Source: a phage | Length of the DNA: 64,000 nucleotides | Reading direction: 5' to 3' (one strand) | Assembly: GCA_012178725.1 (NCBI GenBank) | Contig: GCA_012178725.1_3030.1 | Shown: positions 42,508 to 52,993 of the stretch, piece by piece | Numbering within the stretch: position 1 is the stretch's first letter | Layout: every line of letters starts with the position of its first letter | Notes under the pieces: model-generated | What the model saw: the letters and a program-made list of their open reading frames with translations, nothing else | Told to the model about the DNA's origin: nothing | Database searches by the model: none | Made by a program: the position numbers and the translations under genes

Positions 42508-42780
42508 TTATTTGTTTGTATACATTTCTAAATATCTATATACACCCTCAAAACCCTCGTTGAATTCGTCGATGAGGGTTTTCTTATCTTCTTGAGTTAA
42601 TTCAGAAACAATTTTACGGAATGAATTCTGATTTAATTTTCTACCTTCATGCGTTACTCCAATCTCATTCAGAAATGCAATAAAATTAGCACGATTCTCA
42701 ACAATATCTTCTCTGGAAAATTTAATCAAAATAGACGCAACAGTAATAATTTCACGAACTGTATCAATGTTTTTATTCAT
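42508..42780 (-). CDS. asiA: anti-sigma70 factor AsiA
   Basis: 90 aa; recognised MNKNIDTVREIITVASILIKFSRED start. Confidence 0.9.
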   Translation of the reverse strand: MNKNIDTVREIITVASILIKFSREDIVENRANFIAFLNEIGVTHEGRKLNQNSFRKIVSELTQEDKKTLIDEFNEGFEGVYRYLEMYTNK

Positions 42781-42792
42781 TAACTATACCAC

Positions 42793-42945
42793 TCAATTAG
42801 TTGACTTTGTTATAATATCATCAGACGCTTGATTTGTAAACTGGTCTGTGTTATTTTCTTCAAAAATTTTTTCTGCGAATTCCTTGAACGACTCACGTTC
42901 CTGAGCTACATTGTGCTCGATTACCTTTTCAAGATTATGACTCAT
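42793..42945 (-). CDS. hypothetical small acidic protein between arn and asiA
   Basis: 50 aa ORF found by manual translation (MSHNLEKVIEHNVAQERESF...); ATG overlaps arn stop (ATGA); contains the asiA early promoter. Confidence 0.35.
   Translation of the reverse strand: MSHNLEKVIEHNVAQERESFKEFAEKIFEENNTDQFTNQASDDIITKSTN
42813..42842 (-). promoter_or_regulatory. T4-type early promoter for asiA
   Basis: GTTTAC, about 18 nt spacer, TATTAT on minus strand. Confidence 0.45.
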
Positions 42946-43220
42946 TCGAAATAATCTTCAATTTCGTAATCATGGACATAAATCATTATAGTTTTTAATA
43001 CATCATCAATACTTTTTCCTGGAGCTGGAATTACGTAAAAATATCCTGCTTTTGAGAGGTCTTTATAAGTTCCAACCAAGAAATCATTATTCTCGAGATG
43101 TAATTCTTCAACTAATTCATTAACAATTGAATGGTATAAATTTGGTAGAAACTTATATAGCTTTTCTAGAGTATCAATTTTGATTGTGTATTGAACCACG
43201 GACTGAGAATCAATAATCAT
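42942..43220 (-). CDS. arn: Arn anti-restriction (McrBC inhibitor) protein
   Basis: 92 aa acidic protein at the T4 arn position. Confidence 0.75.
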   Translation of the reverse strand: MIIDSQSVVQYTIKIDTLEKLYKFLPNLYHSIVNELVEELHLENNDFLVGTYKDLSKAGYFYVIPAPGKSIDDVLKTIMIYVHDYEIEDYFE

Positions 43221-43303
43221 AGACCTTCCCCTTATGTTTCTGTTTGCGATTAGATTCTTTAAACGCTTTCTTCTTATCCTTATGAACAGAAGCTTTATTA
43301 AAA

Positions 43304-43522
43304 TTATGTTTTGCGACTAAATTGTTCATAGTGCTGAATTACCTCTCTTAAGCATTTACATGTGAATGAAAACTTTTTAGCTACACCACATTCAAATATA
43401 TGTTCTCTTAAATCACGTGTATCGGTATATCCCATCTCAACAATAAAATGCCGTATTAGATTTTTATCTTTATCATTGAGAGAATTAAAATAATCAGATT
43501 TTGAATTAATTTCCCTGGCCAA
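43304..43522 (-). CDS. hypothetical protein
   Basis: 72 aa Cys-containing ORF. Confidence 0.45.
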   Translation of the reverse strand: MAREINSKSDYFNSLNDKDKNLIRHFIVEMGYTDTRDLREHIFECGVAKKFSFTCKCLREVIQHYEQFSRKT

Positions 43523-43802
43523 ATTGAATCACCTTCAGTTGACGTTTTAGCTCTTTTATCATCTCTTCGTTCATCGCAATATAAAGATCGCGTAAAGCAG
43601 GTTTTAGCATTCCATTTACTGGAGAACTAAATGGGCACACATAATCTTTTCCTACAAGCTTTTTAGTTAATTCCATATCACAGAACTGAAATGCCGGTTC
43701 ATTGGCATAAATTCCCCAATTAGTTGACATCATTTTATTGGCATATTCCAACGCCTGGATTTGATTCATAATTCCATCAATTTGAAACTTTTTAATATTC
43801 AT
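43506..43802 (-). CDS. hypothetical protein
   Basis: 98 aa ORF. Confidence 0.45.
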   Translation of the reverse strand: MNIKKFQIDGIMNQIQALEYANKMMSTNWGIYANEPAFQFCDMELTKKLVGKDYVCPFSSPVNGMLKPALRDLYIAMNEEMIKELKRQLKVIQFGQGN

Positions 43803-44263
43803 TAGTAAAGGTCCTCAGAGTAAAGTTCTTTTTCACTACCACCACGTTCAATACGTACTTGTCCAGCGTAAGTTGCAATAATCATTGCTTCTTCACGTGT
43901 CCAATAATTACTATATTGGTCAATAAATCCTTGGTCATCATCGCAAACTTGCTGAGTAACTAATTGAGGTTTAACTACATCTAAAACTTCTGCCATATCT
44001 TTAGAATAATGACGAGCACCTGGAATAATAAGAGTTCGTCCATCTTTTAATTTAAAACGATTGGCTGCGCAAACAATCCGTCGTTGATACTTTTGGTTTT
44101 CATCCCAATATGCAGTCTGCCAACAGATTTCAGGAACTTCTTTCAGAATATCTTCTTCTGTGCATTTATAACCATGCGCTTTAAATTTTTCAACAAGACT
44201 TTCTGGAGTCTCACGAGATAAAGGAACATTCAGCATTTTTAAACGATTAATAAATGGGTTCAT
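43802..44263 (-). CDS. hypothetical protein
   Basis: 153 aa ORF. Confidence 0.5.
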   Translation of the reverse strand: MNPFINRLKMLNVPLSRETPESLVEKFKAHGYKCTEEDILKEVPEICWQTAYWDENQKYQRRIVCAANRFKLKDGRTLIIPGARHYSKDMAEVLDVVKPQLVTQQVCDDDQGFIDQYSNYWTREEAMIIATYAGQVRIERGGSEKELYSEDLY

Positions 44264-44589
44264 TTAAACCATCCTTTAATACGCTGCCACAAAGTTTTCT
44301 GTTGAGCTTTGTTAACACCAATTGAACGAATAACTGGTTGAGATTCCTGGAATTCTTTATAATCAGCAAGGTAAATTTCGTAAGCTGCATCCGTAAATGA
44401 ACTTATCGCTGCCATAAAATTATTGCGAATACCTACTGGAGCATCTTTACTTTCACGAATAATCATGTATTTACCAGTCTTAATCTTTACGATAGTTCCA
44501 AGATAAGCTCCATGGTACCAGATGTCCCATCCCTCTTGAGTGGGTTCTGCGCAACGACGAAGTTCATTGACAATTTCTAACTTGTTCAT
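44260..44589 (-). CDS. hypothetical protein
   Basis: 109 aa ORF. Confidence 0.5.
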   Translation of the reverse strand: MNKLEIVNELRRCAEPTQEGWDIWYHGAYLGTIVKIKTGKYMIIRESKDAPVGIRNNFMAAISSFTDAAYEIYLADYKEFQESQPVIRSIGVNKAQQKTLWQRIKGWFK

Positions 44590-44599
44590 TATTTATTCC

Positions 44600-45235
44600 T
44601 CACAGTTCAGATGCTACAGTGATTACAGCTTCAATGTTTTCTGCCGAGCGTTTAATGTCAAGATACACATTACCGTTTTTAGCGATTTTACATGACATTC
44701 CGATGTCAGTAAATTTCTGAATATGATGTTCCATCATTTTGTATCCAAAAATTCGCATATTTCCATTATTGTTAATTTCAAAATTACGAATTCCGTGAGT
44801 ACGTTTTTCTAAAATAGCGAGATAGTTACTGCGATAAGTTTCAACCTTTTTAAGAACAAATCCATTTTCATCTAAAAGTTTTAACATGAGGTCTTTATCT
44901 TCTTCCATATCAGAAGTAATTTCACGAGCTTTACGAGTTGCTCGTTTTTTCAGTAGTTCCGGAGCATTTTCCTGTGCATATAAAGTTGCTGCGTTTGAAA
45001 TAATATCCTGAGCTTCACCTGTAATGATTAATCCATCACCAGATTTCTCCACCAGGCCTTTTTTAATCAATACCCCAATATTACTATTAACTACTGCGTT
45101 ACCTAAATCTGGATGTACCTCACGAACTTCTACAGCTGTAATGAAATCTTTCTTAGCAATGGTAATTAAAATCGCAGCAGTTTTTTCATTCAGAACATCG
45201 TTAGAAGCTTTGATGATATAAGTTACTTTAGACAT
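44600..45235 (-). CDS. motA: MotA middle-transcription activator
   Basis: 211 aa; recognised as T4 MotA. Confidence 0.9.
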   Translation of the reverse strand: MSKVTYIIKASNDVLNEKTAAILITIAKKDFITAVEVREVHPDLGNAVVNSNIGVLIKKGLVEKSGDGLIITGEAQDIISNAATLYAQENAPELLKKRATRKAREITSDMEEDKDLMLKLLDENGFVLKKVETYRSNYLAILEKRTHGIRNFEINNNGNMRIFGYKMMEHHIQKFTDIGMSCKIAKNGNVYLDIKRSAENIEAVITVASEL

Positions 45236-45273
45236 TTTCTAATCTCCGTAATTCTGTATCAGTAGTTGATAGT

Positions 45274-45308
45274 TGTATAGTACCACAGTATGCTTTGGTT
45301 GTAAACCG
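45274..45308 (-). promoter_or_regulatory. T4-type early promoter for motA
   Basis: GTTTAC ... TGGTACTATACAACT on minus strand. Confidence 0.5.
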
Positions 45309-45320
45309 TTTTGTGAAAAA

Positions 45321-45357
45321 ATTTTTAAAATAAAAAAGGGAGAGCCTCGGCTCTCCC
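45321..45357 (-). terminator. rho-independent terminator
   Basis: GGGAGAGCC ... GGCTCTCCC hairpin followed by UUUUUUAUUUU on minus strand. Confidence 0.65.
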
Positions 45358-45360
45358 TAA

Positions 45361-45508
45361 AATTACTGCATGACTGTGATAACTGTCATGATAACACGTT
45401 GAATTCCGAACGCAAGAAGACCTCCTGCTATGGCTGGAACAACGCCTAAACCCGCCAGTAAAATGCTACCAGATACTAATGCAGCGCTTGTAATACCAAT
45501 GAATGGAC
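45361..45508 (-). CDS. small hydrophobic membrane peptide
   Basis: 49 aa ORF by manual translation (MSPFIGITSAALVSGSILLAGLGVVPAIAGGLLAF...) immediately downstream of gene 52. Confidence 0.4.
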
Positions 45509-46837
45509 TCATTTGATTTCCTCTAAATCTTTGGTGTATTCGGTAACTACATCAGTAGTTTTCCAATATTCGTTTTCTTCTTTTTTAGCTTTAGCTTCTT
45601 CAGCAAGTTTCTTTGCTTCATCGGAAGTCATATGAAAAATATTCATTCCAACTAGTTTATCAACATAAGAAGAATACATATCGATTTTCGAAAGTTCTTC
45701 GGTCAGTTCTTTACGAGTTTTACCCTGTACAACAATTTCACCTGAAATTACTTTCTTAATGAAATGTGCCTTGGCAAAGGCTAAACGAAAAGCTGACTCA
45801 GTTTCTTTGATTTTGTTATCAATTCGTTTTTGGACATAAGTTTTACGAACTTCAACAAAGTCTTTAATTAAATCAACTACGTTATCGTAAACTTGTAGTT
45901 TTCCTTTCTCATTAATAACCGTAATATTCTGAGAACGACGCTCAATCAACCCGAAGTCTTTCATAATTTTTGCGTGGCGTTCTTCTTCATTATCGCTCAA
46001 AGAATATTCTTTACGGAATTTAACTTTGAATCCAAAACCGTGCTCACCGCAAGCATCATCCCATGTAATGAAGCCTTTATCTTCAAGTGGGTCTAAAATT
46101 TTACTCACATAAGTTTCACGATCATACTTATACGGAATCTCAGTGATATGCATTTGAGTTCGTGAAGTAAACTTATATGTTCCACGAATTTCATATTGCC
46201 CATCAATTTCAACGACTTCACCACGAAATTCTGGGAATTCTACCTTCGGTTTAGTTACTTTCTTTCCTTGAAGAGCTTGCAGTACAGCTTTCTTAACAGA
46301 AGAAACACTATGAGGAAGAATGTAAGTTGCATAACCAGTTGCAATACCGGAAACACCATTAAGAAGAACAGTAGGAATAATAGGCAAATAGAAAGCAGGC
46401 GGAATGTGTTCTTTATCTTGATGTACCGGAGCATATTCAGTATCTTTATATACGTTATAGAAATTTTTACTTACACGAGCAAAAATATAACGACTTGCTG
46501 CTGCTTTTTGGACGGTACGAGAACCAAAGTTTCCTTGACCATCTAACAGAGGAAAGTTATTATTCCAAGTGTTAGCCATCAAAGCACCTGCGTCTTGCGC
46601 AGAGTTTTCACCATGATGATATCCAAGGTCCGCTACACCGCCTGCGATAGAAGCGAGTTTGTGAAACTTATCTTTATTTCCTCGTGCCAAATCAAGAGCT
46701 CGAGCAATAACAAATCGTTGAACTGGCTTAAATCCATCAATCATATTTGGAATGGCACGATTTTCAACCGTGTACATAGCATAAGCCAATGCTTCATTAT
46801 CAATGATACTTTTTAAATCGCGATTATTCAGTTGCAT
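45509..46837 (-). CDS. 52: DNA topoisomerase II medium subunit (GyrA-like)
   Basis: 442 aa; recognised as T4 gp52. Confidence 0.95.
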   Translation of the reverse strand: MQLNNRDLKSIIDNEALAYAMYTVENRAIPNMIDGFKPVQRFVIARALDLARGNKDKFHKLASIAGGVADLGYHHGENSAQDAGALMANTWNNNFPLLDGQGNFGSRTVQKAAASRYIFARVSKNFYNVYKDTEYAPVHQDKEHIPPAFYLPIIPTVLLNGVSGIATGYATYILPHSVSSVKKAVLQALQGKKVTKPKVEFPEFRGEVVEIDGQYEIRGTYKFTSRTQMHITEIPYKYDRETYVSKILDPLEDKGFITWDDACGEHGFGFKVKFRKEYSLSDNEEERHAKIMKDFGLIERRSQNITVINEKGKLQVYDNVVDLIKDFVEVRKTYVQKRIDNKIKETESAFRLAFAKAHFIKKVISGEIVVQGKTRKELTEELSKIDMYSSYVDKLVGMNIFHMTSDEAKKLAEEAKAKKEENEYWKTTDVVTEYTKDLEEIK

Positions 46838-46838
46838 A

Positions 46839-46982
46839 AATTTACCATACTAGTGAATGTAGTGCCATAATAACATCAGAAATGAAAAGCACGACTTGAA
46901 TTAATCCGAACATTACTCCATAATATAGTGCTACTAATAAAGTAGCAAGGGCTAATGAATAGCCCAAGATTTTCTTAATCAT
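46839..46982 (-). CDS. small hydrophobic membrane peptide
   Basis: 47 aa ORF by manual translation (MIKKILGYSLALATLLVALYYGVMFG...); ATG overlaps ac coding end. Confidence 0.35.
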
Positions 46983-47133
46983 TAGTAGATAACAACACAA
47001 ATGTTAAATATGCACACATACCCTGGGCTAAAGCTTGCGAAAACACGCTGCTGGCATCAATACAGATAGTTAAAACACATGCTACTATCCAACAAATAAA
47101 TGAAATAACTCCTAATAATTTTGCAATATTCAT
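46975..47133 (-). CDS. ac: Ac-like small membrane protein (acriflavine sensitivity)
   Basis: 52 aa hydrophobic ORF by manual translation (MNIAKLLGVISFICWIVACVLTICID...); position between stp and 52. Confidence 0.5.
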   Translation of the reverse strand: MNIAKLLGVISFICWIVACVLTICIDASSVFSQALAQGMCAYLTFVLLSTND

Positions 47134-47140
47134 ATTTTCC

Positions 47141-47221
47141 TCACTGGCGTCCGAAGACGCCTTTAGTTTTAAGATTATTACGATAGAACTGCATCACATG
47201 TTCGTTATGGAAATTACTCAT
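47141..47221 (-). CDS. stp: Stp peptide (26 aa, activator of host PrrC anticodon nuclease)
   Basis: Manual translation gives [26 protein letters not shown], matching the T4 Stp sequence as I recall it; ATG overlaps ndd stop (TAATG). Confidence 0.85.
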
Positions 47222-47679
47222 TAATATGCCTGCAAAACAAATTTAAAGTTATCAGCCAACATACGGTTCATTTCTTCAAGTGTTTGATACTCAGAATGAT
47301 GATTACGAGTAAACGCCAAAGCTAACTGACCTTTACCAAATCCTGTCGTCAGAGGTTTCATCTTAGAAGCAGGCAGATAAAATACTGTGTATGGAACATT
47401 GTTATTTGCAATAGTACGTGCAAGCTGAGACCGACGTTGACGAATATGACTTAGAACTGCACTGAATCCTTGCTTAGAACGCTGATTACCTACATAAAAT
47501 CGTGCAGACACACATGGATTACTAAATGGACGACCATCTAATTTACTTACTAAAAAGTAAAATCCAGGTTTAGATAAAATGTCTTTATGCGGAGTTCCCA
47601 AAAACCATTCACCGCCCTTGATTGTGCCAATAACAGTTGCGCCTGCATTATTCAGATCAGTAACAGTCATGTATTTCAT
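47221..47679 (-). CDS. ndd: Ndd nucleoid disruption protein
   Basis: About 152 aa from [19 protein letters not shown]; recognised as T4 Ndd. Confidence 0.85.
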
Positions 47680-47739
47680 ATTAATTTCCTCTAAATTATT
47701 TTCTACTCCAAGGCCGCATGAATACACGCGGCCATTAAA

Positions 47740-47955
47740 TTAATCGTCGCAGTCGACGCTCAATTCCCAAAACTCTTCTACGGTATAAGTTTCAATATCA
47801 TTTTCAATACAGAAACGTTCATTACTATTGTTTGCTAAAGTAGCGTTAACTGTCATTTTCTCGCTGGTACTCTTAAGAGGTGAAATACGAATTAACTGAT
47901 CACCGTTATCTAAACAAAAAATTTCACCAACTTTTACATCTTTAAAACTTTTCAT
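47740..47955 (-). CDS. hypothetical small protein
   Basis: 71 aa ORF. Confidence 0.45.
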   Translation of the reverse strand: MKSFKDVKVGEIFCLDNGDQLIRISPLKSTSEKMTVNATLANNSNERFCIENDIETYTVEEFWELSVDCDD

Positions 47956-48070
47956 AATTCACCTCAAGGAGTATAAAATCCGAATGCAGTTGTTGACCAT
48001 CCCATCCAGTATGGGAAATTTGCACCAATGTAAAACATAAGAATATAAAACCAACCGCTCAGCAAATTCA

Positions 48071-48289
48071 TCATTTTACACCGTTCCAAATTGTTTCAAC
48101 CACGGATTTTAAGCCATTTTGATGAATGTCCATTCCAACTACCGCCATCAAATAGATTCCAACTACAACTGAACCTAAGGCAAAAATCAGCATGAAAATG
48201 AATAAAGCCGGAAAAATATTATCGAAAAACCATTCAATAAATGTAAAAGCACTGCGTTTACGCTTCATATTTTCCTCACATAAATCCAA
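48071..48289 (-). CDS. small membrane protein (start uncertain)
   Basis: Hydrophobic core FPALFIFMLIFALGSVVVGIYLMAVVG. Confidence 0.4.
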   Translation of the reverse strand: MDLCEENMKRKRSAFTFIEWFFDNIFPALFIFMLIFALGSVVVGIYLMAVVGMDIHQNGLKSVVETIWNGVK

Positions 48290-48389
48290 AGTAAACGTTT
48301 AATACATCAATCATTAAAACGATTGGGAATATACTCAAAACAACTAAAATTATAATTATATTCCATATAGCTTTAATAATCTTTTTCAT
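48276..48389 (-). CDS. small hydrophobic peptide (37 aa)
   Basis: MKKIIKAIWNIIIILVVLSIFPIVLMIDVLNVYFGFM from ATG at 48389 with GGAGGAAC SD. Confidence 0.4.
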   Translation of the reverse strand: MKKIIKAIWNIIIILVVLSIFPIVLMIDVLNVYFGFM

Positions 48390-48413
48390 TTTGTGTTCCT
48401 CCGTGGTTGATAG

Positions 48414-48450
48414 GGTAATAATACCACAGAGGAACAGTCTTGTAAACAAC
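48414..48450 (-). promoter_or_regulatory. T4-type early promoter
   Basis: GTTTAC ... TGTGGTATTATTAC on minus strand. Confidence 0.5.
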
Positions 48451-48693
48451 TTTTTTAAAAATATTCGTAATAAATGTGAATACCAATCACTACTGCCGAA
48501 ACTTGCGCAACCCACCACGCACAAGCAATAAGTACAGAATTAAAAATTTTCATAATAACCTCATCACAAAAGTAAATGTTAAACAAATTACTGGAATACT
48601 AATTAACCAAACAAAACACCACCACAATGAACTCATAGTTCAATCTCAGCGATTTTCATTTTATTCTCCAAATCTGTATCAGTATTTGATAGT

Positions 48694-48728
48694 TGTATAG
48701 TACCACGGTCCTTGTGGTATGTAAACCA
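48694..48728 (-). promoter_or_regulatory. T4-type early promoter (near-copy of motA promoter)
   Basis: GTTTAC ... TGGTACTATACAACT on minus strand. Confidence 0.5.
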
Positions 48729-48741
48729 TTTTGTGAAATTT

Positions 48742-49299
48742 TTAAATGGAAAGATACCATCCATTGTAGTTGCTTTTTCTTACAACCTTACGAAGGTCTT
48801 CTCTATCACCGATGAACTTCGGAGTGTACTGGATGACACCTGGATGAATTTCTTTAGTGTTGAATATAATTATACAGTCCGCGACCTGGTGATTTAGAAT
48901 GGGCCCTAGATTTATTCCAGAACCATATGGATACTCTCCGCTGCATCCTGTTGTTACAGAAATCCAACGTGAGTCAGTTTGATGTGTCTTAACTTCTACA
49001 CGGAGCCCGCAATATTTTGGATGTGCTAAAACATCCCATGCATATGTGTACGGATCATTGACATCTTCTTGGCCTTTATTGACATATCCGCTTAGCCAAT
49101 CTGCTACAAAAAACTCTGCGTACACAGCGATACGGCATCTTTCGATAACTTCTGTCTTATCCTGATTTGGGTTTTGTTTTAAAGAGTATCTTGCAGTATC
49201 AGCAATTTTGACCTTCATTTCACCAGTCAAGTCACTGTTCGATAGGGTAAATGTCGGAATCTGAAATAGTCTCTGTAGCCCCGGATTCGTTTTCTGCAT
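48742..49299 (-). CDS. denB: endonuclease IV (DenB)-like protein
   Basis: 185 aa; position adjacent to rIIB as in T4. Confidence 0.7.
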   Translation of the reverse strand: MQKTNPGLQRLFQIPTFTLSNSDLTGEMKVKIADTARYSLKQNPNQDKTEVIERCRIAVYAEFFVADWLSGYVNKGQEDVNDPYTYAWDVLAHPKYCGLRVEVKTHQTDSRWISVTTGCSGEYPYGSGINLGPILNHQVADCIIIFNTKEIHPGVIQYTPKFIGDREDLRKVVRKSNYNGWYLSI

Positions 49300-49344
49300 T
49301 TAAACTTTCCTTTATGTCGGAATCACTGATATTCATATAATAAA

Positions 49345-49370
49345 TCATAAAACAAAAGGGCCGAAGCCCT
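49345..49370 (-). terminator. hairpin with U-run
   Basis: AGGGC-UUCG-GCCCU followed by UUUUGUUUU on minus strand after ORF 49375-49569. Confidence 0.5.
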
Positions 49371-49374
49371 TATT

Positions 49375-49569
49375 TTATTTGAATTGTGCAATTCTTTTCT
49401 CTAGACATTCAGCATAAGATTTCATTGAGATGAACTGTGAAAGCAGCAGTTCTTGCTCAACTGCACTAACCGTTAGAAACTTTGTGCTTTCTAAAAATTT
49501 GCTCAGTGCATTAATTTTGAGCATTAATTGATCGTATTCTTCTTTTACTCGTGCTTGATAACCTAACAT
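49375..49569 (-). CDS. hypothetical small protein between rIIB and denB
   Basis: 64 aa helical ORF. Confidence 0.45.
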   Translation of the reverse strand: MLGYQARVKEEYDQLMLKINALSKFLESTKFLTVSAVEQELLLSQFISMKSYAECLEKRIAQFK

Positions 49570-49597
49570 AATTTTCCTTAGTTAAGGGCCGAAGCCC

Positions 49598-50536
49598 TTA
49601 TTTAAATTGTTCAGTAACGTCTTCAACTACTTCATATTGGCAGGTACGCATTTTAGCATCATTGTAATCAATCGGAATTGATACTACATCACGTGGATGT
49701 ACTTTAACTTTTACAACTCGGCTGGTTGAACTGCCAAAGTGACGAATATAAGATTTAGAACACACATGCAGACCACGAGAACAAGTTTGTGTATCATCGT
49801 CATTCACACGAGTACGCGGCATTTTAACTACTTTACCAGGACTGTTATCAAAGGTATTTGAGTGACAGTCAAAGTAATTGCTGCGAACTACTTTCCAAGC
49901 ATAGAAGTAACCATCTTCTGTAATTTCAATATCGTTTGCTACCAAGAAATCAAAAAGTCGAGATACCGCTTTCTGGCTTGGGTTTTCCAGCAGATTTTCC
50001 AAGAACGGAAAATAAAATTCAAAGTTTTCGCCTTTTTCCATCGAATCAAGAATACGATCAACCAAACCAGACCGCAATTCAATATTTTGATAGAATAAGC
50101 TTCCACCTTCAATTCGAACATCACCGGAAATATATTTTTCAACAGCGCGACGAACATTAATTTTTTGTGCCGCTTCTTCCAACTTATCCGCTACAAGCAG
50201 ATTAAGAATTTCCTGGAAGTTTGAATGAGTATTAGGAGTTGCGTTATAAGTTACACCGTCAACAGTAATTGAAATGAATTTTTTAGATGCATTCCAAATA
50301 ATGTCAGATTTAGCAACTGGAGCAATAACTGCATCGCTATTAACTTTAACTGTAATATCACCACTAATAGTAACTTTAGGGCGTTTAGCTTCTTCAGCAT
50401 TTTTCAAAACACGACGGATTGTGTCAACCGATACACCTTGCCAATCAGCCAATTCCTGTTGAGTGTAATTACCACTTGAATACAGTTTAACAATTTCAGC
50501 TTGTTCGTTTTTGGTCAGGCATTTAATATTGTACAT
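49598..50536 (-). CDS. rIIB: rIIB membrane-associated protein
   Basis: 312 aa; MYNIKCLTKNEQAEIVKLYSSGNY start recognised. Confidence 0.95.
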   Translation of the reverse strand: MYNIKCLTKNEQAEIVKLYSSGNYTQQELADWQGVSVDTIRRVLKNAEEAKRPKVTISGDITVKVNSDAVIAPVAKSDIIWNASKKFISITVDGVTYNATPNTHSNFQEILNLLVADKLEEAAQKINVRRAVEKYISGDVRIEGGSLFYQNIELRSGLVDRILDSMEKGENFEFYFPFLENLLENPSQKAVSRLFDFLVANDIEITEDGYFYAWKVVRSNYFDCHSNTFDNSPGKVVKMPRTRVNDDDTQTCSRGLHVCSKSYIRHFGSSTSRVVKVKVHPRDVVSIPIDYNDAKMRTCQYEVVEDVTEQFK

Positions 50537-50547
50537 AATTTTCCTTA

Positions 50548-52725
50548 TTAGGCCGCAAGGGCCTTCATAGTTTTAGCGATTTGGGAAACTTCATCATCAC
50601 TTAAAGAGTTGCGATAACCGATGAAGTCGGAAACAATACGGAATTTCTTGGTAAACTCAGCAACCATTTTATCACTGTTTTTTGAAGCATTATTTGATAA
50701 TACATCAAAAAGATTAGTTACTGTCCAGATGTCATGACCGATGGTATCTTTTCCACCATTAAAATATACACCGCGCAATGAACTAACTATATTAGCGAGT
50801 CGTGTATATTCTTCAGAAACTTCATCTGTACTGAAGTACTTCATCATAAAATCTAGTTCAGGATACTTGATAATTTTATCAATATATCGTTGAGCTGAAC
50901 TTGAATAACCTACGTACTTATCATAATCTACATCATCAAAAGCATCTACATATAAATCACGCAAAGCTTCAAAAATACATTGGCACTGACCGAGTTCTTT
51001 TACCTTTTTCTGTAAAAGCGGACGAATAACATAAAATTCATTAATGCCAATAAGATTAGCCATACGAATCAAAATATTCATAGATGGATGACAAAGAGAT
51101 GTAGTACCATCCATAGAGAAAATATCAGAACGATGCATATACGCTACATAACCAGTAATTTCATCTGCTTCTGATGTGAGCGTAAATAGTTCCTCTTTTT
51201 CCCATCGCCCATCTTTAATTTCAAATTTAAATGCTGTAGCAGCTTTAGGACGAGGAGCTTTACTTTTAACTACCTTTGGAATATAGCTTTTAACTAAAGC
51301 TTCAATTTCTGACAAATAATGAATGTTAACTTCATCACTTTCAAACATCGCCATAATATCAGGAAGTAAATCAATCTGCGATTCTACTTCCGGATTAATA
51401 AACAGAAGACGCTCATTGTGATGAATATTCAAAGTGTTATTAAATTCACTATCATCTAACGCGTGTGCTAATCCACGGACAATATTAACACGATTTTTAA
51501 TATTATCAATAACGATATTAATTTTTGTTGCATTAATACCAAACAGACGATAACTTGATGCAACGGCTGAAGTTTCATGACTTTGCTTAATGCGCTTCAG
51601 TCGAGGGTCAAGATTTACTTCATACACAACTCCTGCATTACATAACTTACTATCAGGTTCAAACATGCTTTGCATCTTCTTATATGACAGATTTTTAGTC
51701 GTAAATTTGACTGAATTACTAATCATATAATCTCGAGCAGAATATCCCATCTTCATCAATTCACGATATGTGTGACGAGGAGATGTAGATTCTTTAAATC
51801 GTTTTACATCTTCATTAAATGCTTTCTCACTGAGTTCTTTAACTCGTTCAATAATATTTTTACGAGTGCGATCATCCAGTGAAAGAGCCTCGCGAGATGG
51901 AGCAATATCAAGTGAACCCATTGGAAACTTAATGTAATTCACTTCATTGCGAATGCTTAGCCAGTTACGGTCTCTAATAACACCATCGATAGGATAAACA
52001 ATACCGCCATAGATAGCATACAATCCGCCGCGATCAGGCCAGTATCTTTCTGGATTTACACCGTAATAGTCATCAAAATCTGGAAAATAATCAATTTCGC
52101 GGTCAAGACCATTAATGATAGCCAAATCTTTGAATGGTCGCATGATATAAGAAACTTCATAAGCAAAGTTTCTAAAGTCTTTTTCTTCAACTGGAACTAC
52201 AATTTCAATACCAGTTTTATCATCTGGACCCATTTCTTTTACGAATGTAGGTTTAATCTGTGGACCATCACCATCCATATAAGCTACATAACCACGAATT
52301 TCACCTTTATGATACGAAGTAATACTAAATGTATCAGTATAACTAAACGGAGATTTAGAACCTAAACCAAATCCGCCAATGAAATCGTTAGATTCAGCCT
52401 TAGATGAACTGAAGTATGAATTATACAACCCAGGAGAATTATCATCACCTTGAATATCAAAATCACTCATACCCGGACCAAAATCTCGACAAACAAATCG
52501 TGGGTCTAAACGTCCAGGAATTTGTATGATAAATTTTTCAGGATTTCCATTAAGTGCATGAGCATCAATCATGTTAGTAATCAATTCACGGACTACTGCG
52601 CGAATCTTGTTTGTATACAAATCAGATGATAGAATTTTAAATACTTTAGGATTTGCTGCGATGCTAAATGCTTTTGATTTAGAACCATTACCAAGAATTG
52701 TTTCTTTTTCAGTGGTGATAATCAT
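50548..52725 (-). CDS. rIIA: rIIA protein
   Basis: 725 aa (T4 length); ATPase-like N-terminal region. Confidence 0.95.
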   Translation of the reverse strand: MIITTEKETILGNGSKSKAFSIAANPKVFKILSSDLYTNKIRAVVRELITNMIDAHALNGNPEKFIIQIPGRLDPRFVCRDFGPGMSDFDIQGDDNSPGLYNSYFSSSKAESNDFIGGFGLGSKSPFSYTDTFSITSYHKGEIRGYVAYMDGDGPQIKPTFVKEMGPDDKTGIEIVVPVEEKDFRNFAYEVSYIMRPFKDLAIINGLDREIDYFPDFDDYYGVNPERYWPDRGGLYAIYGGIVYPIDGVIRDRNWLSIRNEVNYIKFPMGSLDIAPSREALSLDDRTRKNIIERVKELSEKAFNEDVKRFKESTSPRHTYRELMKMGYSARDYMISNSVKFTTKNLSYKKMQSMFEPDSKLCNAGVVYEVNLDPRLKRIKQSHETSAVASSYRLFGINATKINIVIDNIKNRVNIVRGLAHALDDSEFNNTLNIHHNERLLFINPEVESQIDLLPDIMAMFESDEVNIHYLSEIEALVKSYIPKVVKSKAPRPKAATAFKFEIKDGRWEKEELFTLTSEADEITGYVAYMHRSDIFSMDGTTSLCHPSMNILIRMANLIGINEFYVIRPLLQKKVKELGQCQCIFEALRDLYVDAFDDVDYDKYVGYSSSAQRYIDKIIKYPELDFMMKYFSTDEVSEEYTRLANIVSSLRGVYFNGGKDTIGHDIWTVTNLFDVLSNNASKNSDKMVAEFTKKFRIVSDFIGYRNSLSDDEVSQIAKTMKALAA

Positions 52726-52735
52726 AATTTCCTCA

Positions 52736-52939
52736 TTAATTCATATTACGTTTAATAACTTCGGCAACTTCTAGTAGTTCATCTTTAGTTGCAGTGTCGG
52801 ATTGAATTTTATCTCTAATATCTTTAAAGCGGTTTTTAAATTCTTCGGCTTCTCCCATATCGAAAAAGCGTTGAATGATTCTATATTCTCGATGAACTGC
52901 TTTATCAAAAAGTTCTAAATTTACTTTATATGATTTCAT
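52736..52939 (-). CDS. hypothetical small protein (rIIA.1 position)
   Basis: 67 aa ORF. Confidence 0.5.
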   Translation of the reverse strand: MKSYKVNLELFDKAVHREYRIIQRFFDMGEAEEFKNRFKDIRDKIQSDTATKDELLEVAEVIKRNMN

Positions 52940-52993
52940 TTCAATATCCTCATTTGCCCAATTAATTATACCACATCCTTGTGGTAAAGTAAA

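Noticed and set aside
42505-42510. Missing terminator between convergent t and asiA
   Set aside because: The two stop codons abut with no hairpin visible, but this is convergent gene packing rather than a separate feature; termination may rely on sequences inside the opposing gene.
28622-48728. Possible CRISPR-like array suggested by recurring 35-60 bp near-identical elements
   Set aside because: Copies are kilobases apart, each sits upstream of a gene and carries -35 and -10 hexamers; they are dispersed early promoters and terminators, not a repeat-spacer array.
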